Both the position numbers and the translations under genes were made by a program. From Candidatus Eiseniibacteriota bacterium (GTDB lineage Bacteria; Eisenbacteria; RBG-16-71-46; JABDJR01), in NCBI GenBank assembly GCA_963783375.1, contig CAWANH010000029.1, forward strand, positions 32,001-96,000: 64,000 nucleotides of DNA. Direction: 5' to 3'. The notes under the pieces were generated by a model. It ran no database searches. It was not told the DNA's origin and saw nothing but the letters and a program-made list of their open reading frames with translations. Below are positions 62,071 to 64,000 of the stretch, in pieces. How positions within the stretch are numbered: position 1 is the stretch's first letter; each line of letters opens with the position of its first letter.

Positions 62071-63059
62071 GGAAGGGCCCGGGCGAGGGCGGGGAGCGAG
62101 ACCTCGTAACGGTAGGAGATCGACATGTGGCCGTCGTCGAACTCCCGGTGCTCGTGGCGCACGCCGTGCCGGGCCAGCTCCTCCCGAAGCATGCGGGCCC
62201 CCAGGTGAAGGTTGAACTCGTCCCGGTTCCCGCAGTCCACGAAGAGGACCCGGAGACTTCGGAGCGCCTCGGCCCGCTCGGCCACCCGGCGAACCGGGTC
62301 GAAAGCCAGCCATCGTTCCCAGACCGCCGGGCGGAGGCGTCCGGTCGCCGGCTCGAAGGGGAGGTCGAAGCTCCCCGGGCGGTCCGGATCGGGGGAGTAG
62401 CACGCGGCCATGGCCACGACGTTCATCGCCCCCACCAGCTCGTTGGTCTTGCGGGGGGCGCGGTCGAAAGCCTCGAGAAACCCGTCGAGGCCGCCGTGCT
62501 TCTCCAAGGTGGTCACCGTCTTCGGGAAGTCGGGGAGGTAGCAGTACTCGAAGGCCATGTCCCCGCTGTGGCAGGCCGCCCCCCCGAACAGGTCCGGGCG
62601 GTCCATCACCAGGGAAATCGCTCCGAACCCGCCGCTGGACTTTCCGAACACGAAACGCCGGTCGCGGTCGTCGGCGGCCGGATACCGGCGCTCCACCTCG
62701 GCCGTCACCTCCTCGCACAGGTAGTCCCGGTAGCGCCCGGTGGCGGCGGAGTTCACGTACTGAGAGCCGCCGTAGCGGGTGAAGCAGTCGGGGAGGGCGA
62801 CGATCAGGGGGGGGATGGCCCCCGCGGCCAGCATGGCGTCCAGCCGGCGACCCAGCCCCGGATTCCAGGGCGCGTCGGAGAGGGCCATCGCCCCGGTGCC
62901 GGTGAAGCCGGTGAGCGCGTAGAAGACGGGAAACGGGCCCGGCCCCGCCGAGGCGGGAGGTTCCCATATCCAGACTTCCCGCTCCACGGGGTCGCCGGGG
63001 GCGTTCCCGGCGAGGACCCGGCTGGCGAAGGTGAACGAACTGAGGCGGCCGTGTTCCAT
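62067..63059 (-). CDS. Alpha/beta-hydrolase, enterochelin-esterase-like
   Basis: GGSQYVNS, nucleophile elbow GKSSGG, DCG..DEF, FDDGH. Confidence 0.88.
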   Translation of the reverse strand: MEHGRLSSFTFASRVLAGNAPGDPVEREVWIWEPPASAGPGPFPVFYALTGFTGTGAMALSDAPWNPGLGRRLDAMLAAGAIPPLIVALPDCFTRYGGSQYVNSAATGRYRDYLCEEVTAEVERRYPAADDRDRRFVFGKSSGGFGAISLVMDRPDLFGGAACHSGDMAFEYCYLPDFPKTVTTLEKHGGLDGFLEAFDRAPRKTNELVGAMNVVAMAACYSPDPDRPGSFDLPFEPATGRLRPAVWERWLAFDPVRRVAERAEALRSLRVLFVDCGNRDEFNLHLGARMLREELARHGVRHEHREFDDGHMSISYRYEVSLPALARALP

Positions 63060-63083
63060 GGCGACTCCCGGAAAGGAAAGCCT

Positions 63084-63236
63084 CTAGGCTACTCCAGGCC
63101 GCGCGGTCCCGCCAGGGGAGGCGGGGGAACGGCGGCGGCGGGCGGGACCCCCCCCCGAGGGCGAGACGCCGTCGCCGCCGCAGGCGGCGAACCCGGCGGA
63201 AACCAGGACCGGCGCCGCGAACCGGGCCAGCTTCAC
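63084..63236 (-). CDS. Possible 50-aa lipoprotein or gene remnant
   Basis: GTG overlaps the S9 stop; MKLARFAAPVLVSAGFAA-CGGDG lipobox; low-complexity tail after a G9 tract. Confidence 0.35.
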   Translation of the reverse strand: MKLARFAAPVLVSAGFAACGGDGVSPSGGGPARRRRSPASPGGTARPGVA

Positions 63237-64000
63237 CGGGTGCCGTCCTCCGAATCGTCCTCTTTCAGGTACTTGTCCAGGAATTCCACCGTCCTCCGGT
63301 AGACCGTGAGCACGTTGGGTCGCTTGGCCACCCCGTGCCCCTCGTCGGAGAAGATCAGCGTATCCACCTCGCCCCCGGCCGCGGTCACCGCGGCGGCGAT
63401 CTGGCGGGCCTCGCCCACCGGGACCCGCGGATCGTTCTCCCCGTGGATCACCAGGAGGGGGGTCCTGATGCGGGCGGCCTTGGTCAGGGGAGAGATGCTC
63501 TCCAGGAACGGCTGGTCGGTCAGCGGTCCGTACTCGGACTCCCGCAGGGCCCGCCTGTAGTCGGCGGTATTCTGGAGAAAGGTGACGAAATTGGCGATGC
63601 CCACCTCGTCGATGGCCGCGGAGAACAGATCGGGATACTCGGTCACCGCGGCCAGGGTCATGTAGCCTCCGTAGGAGCCTCCCTTGACCGCCAACAACCC
63701 CGGGGCGGAGTACTTCTTCTCGATCAACCAGTCCGCCCCCGCCTTCAGGTCCTTCACCGAATCCAACCGTTTCTTGTAGTTGTCCATGTCCATGTAGGCC
63801 TTGCCGTAGCCGGCCGAGCCCCGGACGTTGGGGGCCAGGATCCCGTACCCGTTCAGGAGCAGGTACTGGAAGTGGCGGATGAACCCGGGGGTGAACTGGG
63901 ACTCCGGCCCGCCGTGGACGTGGACGACGAAGGGGACGGGATGTCCGGGCCGGTAGCCGGGAGGCAGGTACAGGAACGCCGGGATCTCGGTGCCGTCGAA
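63233..64000 (-). CDS. S9 family peptidase, C-terminal catalytic domain (5' part outside the window)
   Basis: VHGGPESQ, PNVRGSAGYGK, GGSYGG, HGENDPRVP, DEGHG. Confidence 0.95.
   Translation of the reverse strand, partial: FDGTEIPAFLYLPPGYRPGHPVPFVVHVHGGPESQFTPGFIRHFQYLLLNGYGILAPNVRGSAGYGKAYMDMDNYKKRLDSVKDLKAGADWLIEKKYSAPGLLAVKGGSYGGYMTLAAVTEYPDLFSAAIDEVGIANFVTFLQNTADYRRALRESEYGPLTDQPFLESISPLTKAARIRTPLLVIHGENDPRVPVGEARQIAAAVTAAGGEVDTLIFSDEGHGVAKRPNVLTVYRRTVEFLDKYLKEDDSEDGTR

Noticed and set aside
59671-62967. SNF2 ATPase as an anti-phage system, and its 1098-aa length
   Set aside because: RapA-like motifs and no methylase, nuclease or PLD neighbours; the N-terminal extension overlaps the esterase gene.

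Overview
A 64-kb chromosomal segment from a very GC-rich (about 70% by eye) diderm bacterium. Gene content suggests an FCB-superphylum candidate lineage such as Eisenbacteria or Krumholzibacteria; this is inference from the many secreted proteins with FlgD-like/T9SS-type C-terminal domains, the C25 peptidases and a C-terminal TWGxIK motif. Housekeeping blocks: folB-folK-dNK-panB-panC-glmU(N-domain)-HIT-LytR_C; ppiD; two CNNM/CBS genes-TPR/beta-barrel-exbB-exbD; uvrA-rarA; gltX-glnS-tRNA-Gln-tRNA-Glu-kgd(sucA); rapA-like helicase. Interleaved is a large surface/secreted proteome: an S8 protease, two tandem C25 gingipain-like proteases, a PPC/cohesin-like protein, a dockerin-like protein and a free-standing propeptide-like lipoprotein. 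Most notable: (i) a PAS kinase/sigma54 activator locus followed by palindromic enhancer-like sites and a -24/-12 promoter driving a receiver protein and a histone H1-like Lys-rich protein; (ii) six proteins sharing one C-terminal sorting domain, three of them frameshifted upstream of it, two at G7 tracts; (iii) a decayed accessory patch at about 5.1-10.7 kb with back-to-back gene stumps; (iv) structured 5' leaders and several apparently leaderless genes. No transposase, integrase, rRNA or CRISPR array was seen. All calls are by eye from motifs; no database search was run.
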